This document shows positions 37,084-46,920 of a stretch of DNA of 64,000 nt, piece after piece. Within the stretch, counting starts at the first letter, position 1. Every line of letters begins with the position of its first letter. Both the position numbers and the translations under genes were made by a program. The stretch covers positions 1,152,001 through 1,216,000 of the forward strand of contig CBDBCY010000004.1 of assembly GCA_965203555.1 (NCBI GenBank), written 5' to 3'. The notes under the pieces are model-generated. The model saw only the letters and a program-made list of their open reading frames with translations, ran no database searches and was not told the DNA's origin. Origin of the DNA: Acidimicrobiia bacterium (GTDB taxonomy: Bacteria > Actinomycetota > Acidimicrobiia > Spongiisociales > ZC4RG35).

Positions 37084-37733
37084 CTGCAGGCGTCACCTTC
37101 ATCGCCGACGGGCTGCGGCTTCCGGTTGCCGGTGGCCTGGGGCGAGTCATGCAGGATCTGGCCGCAACCGGCTGGCTGCTCGACCCACAGCAGATCGCCG
37201 GTCGCGTGGAAGCCGGCACACCCACCATCTACTGGTCCGAGCCCTTCCAGAACGTGGCGGCGTTCGGGCTGTTCGAAGCGCCCTGTGTCACGGAAGCCCA
37301 CCGGGGGATCACCGCACTCACCGAGGCCGGTTGGGGGCAGACGTTCGAACGGACCCAGTGGATAGTCGGCCCCAGGGACCTTCCCCCGTCCCTGGGAGAG
37401 GGACCCTTCGACCAGGGGCTGGGATTCCTGGCCCTGTGGGACTGGAACGACGCCTGGCACGAGGCAACGCCCGCAGAGCGAGCTGTGTACGATGCCGACT
37501 GCGACGTGGCGTTCGAATACGACGTGGAACTGGGAATCGACATCTTCGGACGCTTTGACGTGAGCGGGACTTCGGACTGGGACCATGCGGCGCTGTGGGA
37601 CGTGCCGGACCTGCTGACCCTCACCGAAGCCATGCACGGTCACGAGATCCAGGACGACTTCATGTTCACCACCTCGCACCATCTCATCGGGCGTCCGATC
37701 GCCCTCGACCGATTGGAGGAATGCCTGCAGTGA
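37080..37733 (+). CDS. Hypothetical protein, probable tandem dimeric alpha-beta barrel
   Basis: ATG overlaps the permease stop. W...TPAER and LWDVPDL patterns resemble Dabb/chlorite-dismutase-like barrels. Confidence 0.65.
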   Translation: MTAGVTFIADGLRLPVAGGLGRVMQDLAATGWLLDPQQIAGRVEAGTPTIYWSEPFQNVAAFGLFEAPCVTEAHRGITALTEAGWGQTFERTQWIVGPRDLPPSLGEGPFDQGLGFLALWDWNDAWHEATPAERAVYDADCDVAFEYDVELGIDIFGRFDVSGTSDWDHAALWDVPDLLTLTEAMHGHEIQDDFMFTTSHHLIGRPIALDRLEECLQ

Positions 37734-38047
37734 TCACCTGGATACACACCTACCGGCCACGGCCCGGGTGGTATGAGCAGACCCCGGCGGCACGCCAAGC
37801 GTTGCTTGCCAGTTGGGAGGATGTCGCCGCCGCGTCAATCGAAAACGGCGCCACCTGCGCCGACCCTCTCTCCATCCGAGGCCAGTCCCGGCAAGAGCAT
37901 CTGCAGATCTGGACCTTCCCCGATCTGGAGCGACTGGAGGACCACTGGACCCGGCTCCGCAAACTCGGCTACACAGACTGGCGGGAGTCGGAGAACACGG
38001 TGGCCACCGAGATCGTCACGAGCAGACTTACCGGCCCGGAACACTGA
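37730..38047 (+). CDS. Hypothetical protein, DUF6616/Dabb-like
   Basis: GTG overlaps the previous stop. Y.PRP.WY...R.A...WTFPD...L..LGY..W.ESEN pattern. Confidence 0.65.
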   Translation: MITWIHTYRPRPGWYEQTPAARQALLASWEDVAAASIENGATCADPLSIRGQSRQEHLQIWTFPDLERLEDHWTRLRKLGYTDWRESENTVATEIVTSRLTGPEH

Positions 38048-38096
38048 GTTCTACCGATCAGTGCGGGCGGGGAGGTTCAACTCCTCCCCAGAGGAC

Positions 38097-40409
38097 TCAG
38101 CCGGGGCCGTTTACCCGGTAACCGCGGGGTGGCGTCTCTCCCAACAGGTGCTCTACGAAGTAGTCCCAGCGGCGACGGGTGAAGTAGGGATCTTCGTTCC
38201 AAGTGCCCCAGGTTCCGGAAAAGTCGTGGTTGCGGTTGGGAAGCACCAACAGGTCGAAGTCCCGGTTGGCTTCGATCAAGGCGTCGATCAGTTGTAGGGT
38301 GGCGGCCGGGTTGACGTTGTCGTCGAGGTCGCCTGTTACCAGCAGGAGCCTCCCGCGAAGGTTTTGAGCCAACGTCCGGTTGGCCTGGGTATCCCAGCCG
38401 GGTCCCCCGAAGGGACCGGTCCAGCGTTCTCCCCATGTGACGTTGGTGAGCGCCTGATCGTGATTCCCCGCCGAGGCCACACCCACCCGGTAGATATCCG
38501 GGTACTCCAGCATGGCTCTGACCACCGCGTACGCGCCCGCCGAGTGACCGTAGATGCCCACCCGATCAAGATCGAGGTAGGGCCGGTCCCTGGCCAGTTG
38601 GGTGAGGACCGCCACGTGATCGGCCAACCCTCCGCCCTCCGCGGAGAGGCCGTATCCCGCATCCAGGAAGGCCTTGGACCGTCCCGGCGTCCCCCGTCCG
38701 TCGACGGTGAAGACCACGAATCCCAGGTCGGCCAGCCCGTGGGTGGCCTCTCCCACCACGTCGGTGAAGGCGCGGGGAGTCCTGGTGGCCTGGGGACCGG
38801 GATAGATGCTCTCGATCACCGGGTACTTGCGGGCGGGATCGAAGTCGTGGGGCAGGACGATCATCCCGTACAGATCGGTCTCGCCGTCGCTTGCCTTGGC
38901 CGTGAACCGCTCCGGGTATTCCCACCCGGTGGCCAGGAGCGCCGAGACATCGGTTTCGGCCACCTGTGCGACCATTTCGCCCGTGGACCTTCGCAAGACC
39001 GTCCTGGGTGGTTGGTCGATTCGCGAAAAACGGTCCACGAAGAACCGTCCGTCCGGTGAGAAGTCCACCCAGGGAGGCCACTCTCCGTGCTCGGCGTCCT
39101 CGGGGGTGAGGAGCTTGGGCGCACCCCCGTCGAGGCTCACCGCGTAGAGATGGTGGTAGTACGGATCCCGGGAGGGTTCCCTTCCGGCGCCCATGAAGAA
39201 CGCGGTCCGCGTGTTCTTATCGACCCTAACCAGGTCCGTCACCAGCCAATCGCCGCCGGTCAGTCGCCGGATGGGACGGCCGCGGCCGTCGAGCAGGTAC
39301 AGATGACCCCAACCGCTCCGGGCGGAATACCAGATGATCTCCTGGCGGTCTCCGCTCACCCAGACATTGGGAGCGCCGTAGTAGAGAGCGTTGAGGTCGA
39401 TGGGCGTCTCGCTCTCCTCCTCCACCACCACCGTGCAACGGCCGGTCGACGGTTCGGCGCAGACCAGTCGGACCGAGCGACGGTGGCGATCCCAGTGAAG
39501 GAAGAATATGGCGTCTGACCCTGCGGCCCACCAGACGTGGTTCAACTCGATGGGAGCGAGAAACGGCGAGGCGAGAGGGTCCCACGACAGGTCCGTGCGC
39601 CTGCCGGTCTCGACCTCGAAGCAGACCAGTTGGGCCAGCGGCAACTCGGCGTCTCCCGGCAGGGCCTGGCGATAGGTGTGGATGCGAGGGCGGAGCGATC
39701 CATCCCGGGGGGCGCCCTGGAGGAGGCGCAGGGTCCCCACTCGCCGCTCGTCGAGCCTGTGTGTCAGAAGATGGCGCTCGTCGGGAGACCAGAGCACCCG
39801 GGGCGGTGGGGCGCGGTCTGCGAGACGGTCGGTGACCGCCGAGTTGCGGCCCTCCGGCGACGACCCGTACCCGTAGGCCGGCTCGGCGTCGTGGGTGAGG
39901 GGGGTCGACGTGCCCGCGAGGTGATCGATGAGCACCAGATTGCCGGACTCGACTCTTGCCTCGTATCTTCCCGAAGGAGAGACGCTCCCAAGCCCGGTTG
40001 GCGCCACGGGACCGAGTCCTCGCAGCGATGAGCCATCCAGGGCGCACTCCCATCGGTGGTCGTCGATCTCAAAGCGCATGGGGGCGCCGTCAGAGGTGAA
40101 CTCGAAGTCCTGGAAGGGGAGCCGGAGGGGCTCGATTTCCCTCCCGAGGGCTGCGGACAGCGCCGAGGCCACCGATCGGTGATCGAAGGCCTCGGTCTGG
40201 CGGCCGCTCCCGGCGTCGACCAGCATGAACCGGTGACCCGAGGCCGATTCGGAGCGGTACCGGAAGGCGCGGGAGTCGGCCAGCCAGTGCACCGCCGTCT
40301 CCAGGTTGAACACCAGCGACTTGACGTTTCGATGGAGCATCGACTCGGCGCGCCGGTAGCGCTCCCACATCGGGGGTGGGAGGGGAGGCGGTCTCTGGGG
40401 TTGCGTCAT
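38097..40409 (-). CDS. S9B (DPP IV-like) peptidase
   Basis: SARSGWGHLY, YPGPQ, DGRGT, GHSAG, DDNV, NRNH. No signal peptide. Confidence 0.93.
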   Translation of the reverse strand: MTQPQRPPPLPPPMWERYRRAESMLHRNVKSLVFNLETAVHWLADSRAFRYRSESASGHRFMLVDAGSGRQTEAFDHRSVASALSAALGREIEPLRLPFQDFEFTSDGAPMRFEIDDHRWECALDGSSLRGLGPVAPTGLGSVSPSGRYEARVESGNLVLIDHLAGTSTPLTHDAEPAYGYGSSPEGRNSAVTDRLADRAPPPRVLWSPDERHLLTHRLDERRVGTLRLLQGAPRDGSLRPRIHTYRQALPGDAELPLAQLVCFEVETGRRTDLSWDPLASPFLAPIELNHVWWAAGSDAIFFLHWDRHRRSVRLVCAEPSTGRCTVVVEEESETPIDLNALYYGAPNVWVSGDRQEIIWYSARSGWGHLYLLDGRGRPIRRLTGGDWLVTDLVRVDKNTRTAFFMGAGREPSRDPYYHHLYAVSLDGGAPKLLTPEDAEHGEWPPWVDFSPDGRFFVDRFSRIDQPPRTVLRRSTGEMVAQVAETDVSALLATGWEYPERFTAKASDGETDLYGMIVLPHDFDPARKYPVIESIYPGPQATRTPRAFTDVVGEATHGLADLGFVVFTVDGRGTPGRSKAFLDAGYGLSAEGGGLADHVAVLTQLARDRPYLDLDRVGIYGHSAGAYAVVRAMLEYPDIYRVGVASAGNHDQALTNVTWGERWTGPFGGPGWDTQANRTLAQNLRGRLLLVTGDLDDNVNPAATLQLIDALIEANRDFDLLVLPNRNHDFSGTWGTWNEDPYFTRRRWDYFVEHLLGETPPRGYRVNGPG

Positions 40410-40416
40410 TTCCCCC

Positions 40417-41583
40417 TCATCCTCCCAGGATTTCCACCAATCGGTCGGCGATGATCTTCTCCTGGCCCGCCTGCAGCGTGGAGACCCGGATGTCGAGGGA
40501 GTCCCGGTCGGGATCGACCCACAGGTAGTGGGGCCGGAGGATTATGCAGGGATCTCCCTGGTGGAGTTCTTTCACCACCTGCGCCAGGGTTTTGGGTGAG
40601 CGGGCACGATCAAACCTGACGCGTAGGGAGTCCGGTGGCTTGGGATCGGCGGTGGCCGAGCCGTCCTCGTGGGAGAAACTCAGGTACGAGAATACCTCCA
40701 GCCGTGACCGCATGGTGTCCATGAGCCGTCGGTAGCGGCGGAACCGTTCTCGGTGATCCATCTCCAGCCACTGCTTCAGAGCAGCGTAGGCCGCGGCGAT
40801 CTCGCCTCGCCCGACTTTCATGTGCCTCCCGAACGCCTCCGCGTTGGGTCCTTCGAAGGCCAGGTAGCTGTTCTTGCGGGCGGACTCGATTCCGGCGGAT
40901 GTCCCGGTGAGAATGCCGGCCATGGAGCCGGCGCCGAAGAACTTGCCGCTGTAGGTTGCGAAGTCGGCGCCGGCCCGGACGTATCTGCTGAAGTTGTCGA
41001 GCGGATAGACCTGCTCCGCTGCATCGACGATCACCGCCAGATCGTGGCGCTTGGCGATCTCGAGGACCTGGTGGAAGGAGACCACGTTGGGCGCGCCGGG
41101 AGCGTAGAAGAAGATCCCGGCGGTCCTCTCGGAGATGGCGCTCTCGATGTCGGCGGCCGACGTGGAGGTCTCGTCTCCGGCCAGCACTGTCTTGCCGCCG
41201 GCACCCTCCAGGCAGCGATCGTAGAAGGTCCGGTTCCCTGCCTGGACCACGAACTCCCGGCGGAGCCCGGCGGTGTCGGGGATGCGGGCCACCAGGTCGT
41301 CCTCTCCCCCGGTGATGCAGGCGGCGGTGGCCAGCACCGTTCCGGCGGCGGCGCCGGGGGTGACCAGGGCGGCCTCGATCCCGAGCAGGTCGGCGATCGC
41401 CCGGCCGGCCGCGTCGGAGAGGCGCTCGACCTCGATGAAAGACCGGTTGGCAGCCGCCACCGCCTCGAGGACCGGTCCCCGTGGGAGGCTCCCGCCCAGG
41501 CCGGTCAGATCGTTGTGAGCGTTGATCACCGGACCGACGCCCAGGTCCGAGAGGACCTGGTGACCGCTCTCCCGGTTGCTCAC
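40417..41583 (-). CDS. SelA/DgaE-like PLP-dependent enzyme
   Basis: VINA...T.LGGS, VTPGAAAG, IVDAA, YSGK (PLP lysine), FGRHMKVG. Confidence 0.85.
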   Translation of the reverse strand: MSNRESGHQVLSDLGVGPVINAHNDLTGLGGSLPRGPVLEAVAAANRSFIEVERLSDAAGRAIADLLGIEAALVTPGAAAGTVLATAACITGGEDDLVARIPDTAGLRREFVVQAGNRTFYDRCLEGAGGKTVLAGDETSTSAADIESAISERTAGIFFYAPGAPNVVSFHQVLEIAKRHDLAVIVDAAEQVYPLDNFSRYVRAGADFATYSGKFFGAGSMAGILTGTSAGIESARKNSYLAFEGPNAEAFGRHMKVGRGEIAAAYAALKQWLEMDHRERFRRYRRLMDTMRSRLEVFSYLSFSHEDGSATADPKPPDSLRVRFDRARSPKTLAQVVKELHQGDPCIILRPHYLWVDPDRDSLDIRVSTLQAGQEKIIADRLVEILGG

Positions 41584-41599
41584 CAGCGGATCGTCGCTC

Positions 41600-42421
41600 C
41601 TAGCGGCCGGTGGGGATCGGAGAGTGGGGAATGCACATCGGCGAGTTGGTCTTCGGGTCGGTGACCACCGAGGCTTCGACGCCGAAGCAGCTTCGCAGGA
41701 GTTCGGGAGTCAATACATCGCCGGGAGGGCCGTCGGAGACCACCTCGCCGTCGGACATGGCGATCATGCGATCTGAGAATCGGGCGGCATGGTTGAGGTC
41801 GTGGAGCACCATCACGATGGTCACCCCCCGGTCCCGGTTGAGACCGGAGACCAGCTCCAGCAGGTCCAGTTGGTGCCCGACGTCGAGGAAGGTGGTGGGC
41901 TCGTCGAGCAGCAGAATGTCGGTCCTCTGGGCAAGCGCCAGAGCCATCCAGGCTCGCTGGCGCTCACCGCCCGACAGGGTGTCGATGGGACGGTGGACGA
42001 AGTCCTCGAGGCGGGTCATCCGGATGGCTTCTCCGATGGCCTCGTCGTCCTGGCGGCGGAGCATTCCCAGAGCGCCGACGTGGGGAAAGCGCCCCTGTTC
42101 AACCAGTTCTGTGACCGTGAGTTCCGCCGGGACCTCGTGCACCTGGGGAAGGATGGCCATCTGGCGGGCCACCTGCCGGGTGGGCAGGCGGTTTATGTCT
42201 CGGCCGTTCAGGTAGACAGAACCCGACAGCGGCGCGATCAGGCGCGCCAGGGTCTTTAGGGTGGTGCTCTTTCCCGAACCGTTGGGACCCACCAGAGACG
42301 TCCGGGTCCCCTTTTCGATGCTGAGGGTGAGGTGCGGGGAGACCACATGATTCCGGTAACCGGTGGAGACTCCATCGATGTGAAAAGCGAGACCTCCGGG
42401 GCTCGACTGTTCCTTGGTCAT
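41600..42421 (-). CDS. Iron-siderophore ABC transporter ATP-binding protein
   Basis: GPNGSGKS, LSGGERQRAW, LLDEPTTFLD, VLHDLN. Confidence 0.95.
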   Translation of the reverse strand: MTKEQSSPGGLAFHIDGVSTGYRNHVVSPHLTLSIEKGTRTSLVGPNGSGKSTTLKTLARLIAPLSGSVYLNGRDINRLPTRQVARQMAILPQVHEVPAELTVTELVEQGRFPHVGALGMLRRQDDEAIGEAIRMTRLEDFVHRPIDTLSGGERQRAWMALALAQRTDILLLDEPTTFLDVGHQLDLLELVSGLNRDRGVTIVMVLHDLNHAARFSDRMIAMSDGEVVSDGPPGDVLTPELLRSCFGVEASVVTDPKTNSPMCIPHSPIPTGR

Positions 42422-43506
42422 CGCACGCGCTCTCTCATCAAGTAGAGGAAGAACGGCGCTCCCACCAGGGCGGTGAAGGCGCCGACCGGGACGCGGCTGC
42501 CGCTCTCGGTTCGTATGTCCACGAAGGGTATCCAGTCGAGCGAGAAGACGCGGGCCAGGAGGTCGGCGCTGACCAGAATTATGGCGCCCACCAGCGCCGA
42601 ACATATCAAGAGCCGACGCAGGTCCGAGCCCACCAGGGTTCGGGCCAGGTGCGGGCCGATCAGACCCAGGAAGGCGATGCCGCCCACCACCGATATCGAT
42701 CCGGCGGCCAGCACCACCGCGGTCATGAGGATGATGCCCCGGGCCACCTCGGTCCTGAGGCCCAGGCTTACCGAGGTGGCGTCCCCCAGTTGCAGGGCAT
42801 TGGCCAGGGGGATGATCATCACCACCAGTGGGAGGATCAGAACGGCGACCGGGACCAGAAAGACCAGGTGGTCCCAGGTCCTGGTGCCGAGCGATCCGAC
42901 CAGCCATCGCACGATCGAGTCGATATGACTGCCCGAGACCAGCACCAGGAACGAGGTGATCGAAGAGACCGCGGCGGCGACGATCACTCCGGTGAGAATC
43001 AGCCGGATGGGATCGGTGCCGGCGCGGCGGTAGCTCAGCAGGTAAACGAGAGCGCCGGCTATCAGACCTCCTGCGATCGCCGCCAGGGGCACGAAGACGT
43101 TGAGGTCGTCGAGCGCTCCCTCCGTTCCGTAGCTGATGGCCAGCGCCAGGACCGCGCCCAGGACCGCCCCCTGCGTGACGCCGACCGTGGCGGGAGCAGC
43201 CAGCGGATTGCGAAGGACCGACTGGAGGAACGCCCCGGAGGAAGCCAGCATCGCTCCCGCCAGGGCGGCGATCAGGACCCGAGGCAGTCGCACTTCCCAG
43301 ACCGAGATGCGGTGATGGACCTCCTCGGCCTGGTTGATCAGCGCCTTGAAGACCAGGTCGGGACCGAAGAAGACCGGACCGAGCATCACGTAGGCGAACA
43401 TCAGGGCCAGCAGCGCCAAGGCCAGGATCACGAGTATCCGGCGAGATCGAACCCGTGGGTTCACAACGTCGTGGCGGCGGCGGCCGTTGATGGCGGTGGC
43501 GGTCAC
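42418..43506 (-). CDS. FecCD-family permease
   Basis: RLPR, RNPLA, GGIAFLGLIGPH, PVGAFTALVGAP. Start approximate. Confidence 0.93.
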   Translation of the reverse strand: MTATAINGRRRHDVVNPRVRSRRILVILALALLALMFAYVMLGPVFFGPDLVFKALINQAEEVHHRISVWEVRLPRVLIAALAGAMLASSGAFLQSVLRNPLAAPATVGVTQGAVLGAVLALAISYGTEGALDDLNVFVPLAAIAGGLIAGALVYLLSYRRAGTDPIRLILTGVIVAAAVSSITSFLVLVSGSHIDSIVRWLVGSLGTRTWDHLVFLVPVAVLILPLVVMIIPLANALQLGDATSVSLGLRTEVARGIILMTAVVLAAGSISVVGGIAFLGLIGPHLARTLVGSDLRRLLICSALVGAIILVSADLLARVFSLDWIPFVDIRTESGSRVPVGAFTALVGAPFFLYLMRERVR

Positions 43507-44507
43507 GGGACGGCCTTTCGCCGCAACAGCCCGCGTTGCATGAGCGTCAACAGCACCGGAGCGCCGAAGGCCACCGTCCACAGACCGACCGCGATCTCGT
43601 GGGGATGGAGGGCCAGGCGGGCGGCCATGTCGGCGCCCAGCACCAGAATCGCTCCGACCACTGCGGACAGGGGCACAACGATCCGGGCGTCGGAGGTCCG
43701 CAACAACCTGCGGACTATGTGAGGCGACACCAACGCTATGAATCCGATCGGCCCGGCAATGGCGATCACCGGCGCCACCAGCAGGACCGATGCTCCGAAC
43801 AGCACCGCCCTGGTCCGTCGAACGCCGACACCGAGACCCTCCGCCACCTCGTCACCCAACTTCAAAGCGTTCAACGGCCTCCCGGCCAGGAGGAATACCA
43901 CCAAGAGAGTGATGGTCCAGGGGGCGACCAGGCGCACCTCCTCCCATTGAACGTCGGAGAGACTCCCCACCAGGAACCGGTAGATGACCGAGACGCCCCC
44001 GAAGTTGGGAGCAAGCGTTATCACCGCTATGACCAGCGCGTTCAACAGCGCGGTGAATGCCGCTCCCACCAACAGCATCCGCATGGGGTTGCTCTTGAGG
44101 CTCACCAGCGACAGGATCGCCGTTCCCGTGGCCAGACCGGCCACCAGGGCGGCGATGGGCAGGGCGATGCCCGTGAACGGGAGTCGGAAGGCAACGATGG
44201 TGGCCACCGCCAGGGAGGCGCCGGCCGACACGCCGATCAACTCCGGTCCGGCCAGCGGGTTGCGGAGCGTATCCTGCATGACCGCTCCCGAGGCGCCGAG
44301 CATGGCGCCGGCCACCACTGCGCCGACGACTCTGGGAAGCCGAAGGTTCTGCACGATGAATTGCTGGTTGCCTTCGGACGTCTCCGGACCGAAGAGGGCG
44401 TTCAGTACCTCCGCCACGGATAGGTCAGGCGTCCCCCACATGAGCGACAGGACAGCCACGGCTGCGCACAAGCAGGTGATGATGGCCACCACGGTGGCCG
44501 CCCGCAT
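43503..44507 (-). CDS. FecCD-family permease
   Basis: RLPR, RNPLAGP, GPIGFIALVSPH. Confidence 0.93.
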   Translation of the reverse strand: MRAATVVAIITCLCAAVAVLSLMWGTPDLSVAEVLNALFGPETSEGNQQFIVQNLRLPRVVGAVVAGAMLGASGAVMQDTLRNPLAGPELIGVSAGASLAVATIVAFRLPFTGIALPIAALVAGLATGTAILSLVSLKSNPMRMLLVGAAFTALLNALVIAVITLAPNFGGVSVIYRFLVGSLSDVQWEEVRLVAPWTITLLVVFLLAGRPLNALKLGDEVAEGLGVGVRRTRAVLFGASVLLVAPVIAIAGPIGFIALVSPHIVRRLLRTSDARIVVPLSAVVGAILVLGADMAARLALHPHEIAVGLWTVAFGAPVLLTLMQRGLLRRKAVP

Positions 44508-44609
44508 CCAACGGTTCCGGTAAAGCGAGACTCTCTCCTTAGAGAAAGGAGGGACGCCTGGAGCAGCAGCGGCCCTCCTTCCTCGGCTTGTCCTGGTGGA
44601 TCAACCGTT

Positions 44610-46625
44610 CTATGGCGTCGGCATCCAGACTGACAGGTCGCCTGGGTGGTTGTAGACCTCAGGCCAACCGGCATTCAGATAGCACTGATAGGCCCATTGG
44701 AGCATCAACAGTCCGTGACCGAACGCACCCGCCGAGTCCTCCTCGCACACCCTGCCCTCACGATGAGCAGTGGTCTGCAACCACACCTCCGCAGTCACGG
44801 TGTCCTTACGAGCACTCCCCGGCCAGGTGATCATCACCCACACCTCAGGATCGGCCTCCAATACGAACTCCCACGAGAACTCACTGTCCGCAGACCCATA
44901 CTCGGAAACACCCTGATCCGGGAACACACACGTCCCCGCACCCTCGGAATGCAAGAACCGACAGAACGACGAAGAATCCCAGATCATCCAGTTGGTGTCA
45001 CCGAACCCAACCGCCACCCTCGTCTCAACAGCACCAGCAGGCAAACTCGCCGACAAAGCCCCAACGTTGGCGTCGAAGCGGGCAATCGCCGCAGCAGCCT
45101 CATCCTCCCTACCGGTCAACAGGCCCACATCGACCCAACCCTCCTTGAGAGTCGCCACACCGCCGATATCCACCAGATACACCGGCGCCACAACCTCCAG
45201 CGCGTCCCGGACCTCTTCCTCACCGACCCGGCCGATGATCAGATCAGGCTCATACTGAGCCACTTCCTCCACCGACATCCGATCACCCAACACCGGAATC
45301 GACGCCGCCCCATCACCGTAATAGGCAGCAGCACTACCCCAACCATCACCCCGATGCATAGCCACCGGCACAATCCCCAGATCCGACGTCAGATCAGTGC
45401 AATTGTCCTGCACACACAAAACCCGCTCAGCCGGACCATCCAACGTGATCTCACGCCCACTCCCATCCGTAACCGACAAACTCACCGGCGCCTCGGTATT
45501 GAACGCTGCATCGGTGCCCGGCATCCAGACTGACAGGTCGCCCGGGTGGTTGTAGGTGTCGGGCCAACCGGCGTTCAGGTAACACTGGTATGCCCATTGG
45601 AGCATCAACAGTCCATGACCGAACGCACCCGCCGAGTCCTCCTCGCACACCCTGCCCTCACGATGAGCAGTGGTCTGCAACCACACCTCCGCAGTCACGG
45701 TGTCCTTACGAGCACTCCCCGGCCAGGTGATCATCACCCACACCTCAGGATCGGCCTCCAATACGAACTCCCACGAGAACTCACTGTCCGCAGACCCATA
45801 CTCGGAAACACCCTGATCCGGGAACACACACGTCCCCGCACCCTCGGAATGCAAGAACCGACAGAACGACGAAGAATCCCAGATCATCCAGTTGGTGTCA
45901 CCGAACCCAACCGCCACCCTCGTCTCAACAGCACCAGCAGGCAAACTCGCCGACAAAGCCCCAACGTTGGCGTCGAAGCGGGCAATCGCCGCAGCAGCCT
46001 CATCCTCCCTACCGGTCAACAGGCCCACATCGACCCAACCCTCCTTGAGAGTCGCCACACCGCCGATATCCACCAGATACACCGGCGCCACAACCTCCAG
46101 CGCGTCCCGGACCTCTTCCTCACCGACCCGGCCGATGATCAGATCAGGCTCATACTGAGCCACTTCCTCCACCGACATCCGATCACCCAACACCGGAATC
46201 GACGCCGCCCCATCACCGTAATAGGCAGCAGCGCTACCCCAACCATCACCCCGATGCATAGCCACCGGCACAATCCCCAGATCCGACGTCAGATCAGTGC
46301 AATTGTCCTGCACACACAAAACCCGCTCAGCCGGACCATCCAACGTGATCTCACGCCCACTCCCATCCGTAACCGACAAACTCACCGGCGCCTCGTCAGT
46401 GGGCTCTTCAGTGGAGGGCGCGGCCGTGGTGGCCGGCGCCTCTTCAGTGGCGGGCGCCGCGGTGGTGGTCGTTTCAGCCGCCGCCGCGGTTGTTGGGGCC
46501 GCCGCTTCGGTCGTCTCGGTGGCCTCATCTCCGCAGGCGGACATCACCAGCAGAAAGACCGCAAGCACACCGATAGAGCGAGTCCTCGCAAGCTTTCCCC
46601 GTTTGAATGCTCCCAGATTGGTCAT
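44610..46625 (-). CDS. Iron-siderophore ABC substrate-binding lipoprotein with duplicated binding domain
   Basis: Lipobox VMSAC, Ala/Thr linker, two copies of VTD..GR..TL..PAERV...EPDLII. ATG 46625 has an RBS and lies downstream of the Fur box. Confidence 0.9.
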   Translation of the reverse strand: MTNLGAFKRGKLARTRSIGVLAVFLLVMSACGDEATETTEAAAPTTAAAAETTTTAAPATEEAPATTAAPSTEEPTDEAPVSLSVTDGSGREITLDGPAERVLCVQDNCTDLTSDLGIVPVAMHRGDGWGSAAAYYGDGAASIPVLGDRMSVEEVAQYEPDLIIGRVGEEEVRDALEVVAPVYLVDIGGVATLKEGWVDVGLLTGREDEAAAAIARFDANVGALSASLPAGAVETRVAVGFGDTNWMIWDSSSFCRFLHSEGAGTCVFPDQGVSEYGSADSEFSWEFVLEADPEVWVMITWPGSARKDTVTAEVWLQTTAHREGRVCEEDSAGAFGHGLLMLQWAYQCYLNAGWPDTYNHPGDLSVWMPGTDAAFNTEAPVSLSVTDGSGREITLDGPAERVLCVQDNCTDLTSDLGIVPVAMHRGDGWGSAAAYYGDGAASIPVLGDRMSVEEVAQYEPDLIIGRVGEEEVRDALEVVAPVYLVDIGGVATLKEGWVDVGLLTGREDEAAAAIARFDANVGALSASLPAGAVETRVAVGFGDTNWMIWDSSSFCRFLHSEGAGTCVFPDQGVSEYGSADSEFSWEFVLEADPEVWVMITWPGSARKDTVTAEVWLQTTAHREGRVCEEDSAGAFGHGLLMLQWAYQCYLNAGWPEVYNHPGDLSVWMPTP
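44619..46395 (-). repeat. Tandem ~877-bp duplication with 900-bp period
   Basis: 44619-45495 aligns to 45519-46395 nearly base for base. Confidence 0.95.
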
Positions 46626-46674
46626 AACGAAGTCATCCCTTTCCTTCGACTCCTTGACTAGATATCCTCGACCA

Positions 46675-46695
46675 TGAGAATGATAATCATTCTCA
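46675..46695. promoter_or_regulatory. Fur-family box
   Basis: TGAGAATGATAATCATTCTCA is a 10-1-10 palindrome whose core matches 17 of 19 positions of GATAATGATAATCATTATC. It lies 50 bp upstream of the iron-binding protein gene. Confidence 0.85.
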
Positions 46696-46920
46696 GTATA
46701 CCCCTCCCGCGGCTCCCGGCGGCCCCTATCCGGGGCGATTTGCAGGATTGCGGGATCAAGGTCGACCGACTCCGTGACGACCGTCATGGCGGACTCTTTT
46801 CCATTGAGACGGTCTGTGCGCCCGAATGGCGCGGCCTGACCTCAATTAATTCCCTTCCTCCCCAGTAAGACCCGCAAGTTGAGGGTTAGCCTTTTTGGCA
46901 AGCCCACGGAAGGAGTTGTA

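Noticed and set aside
40417-41583. Selenocysteine synthase selA
   Set aside because: It is shorter and DgaE-like, and there is no selB, selC or selD nearby.
46626-46787. N-terminal extension of the binding protein given by the ORF track
   Set aside because: It would run through the Fur box and put the signal peptide far from the N-terminus. ATG 46625 has an RBS.
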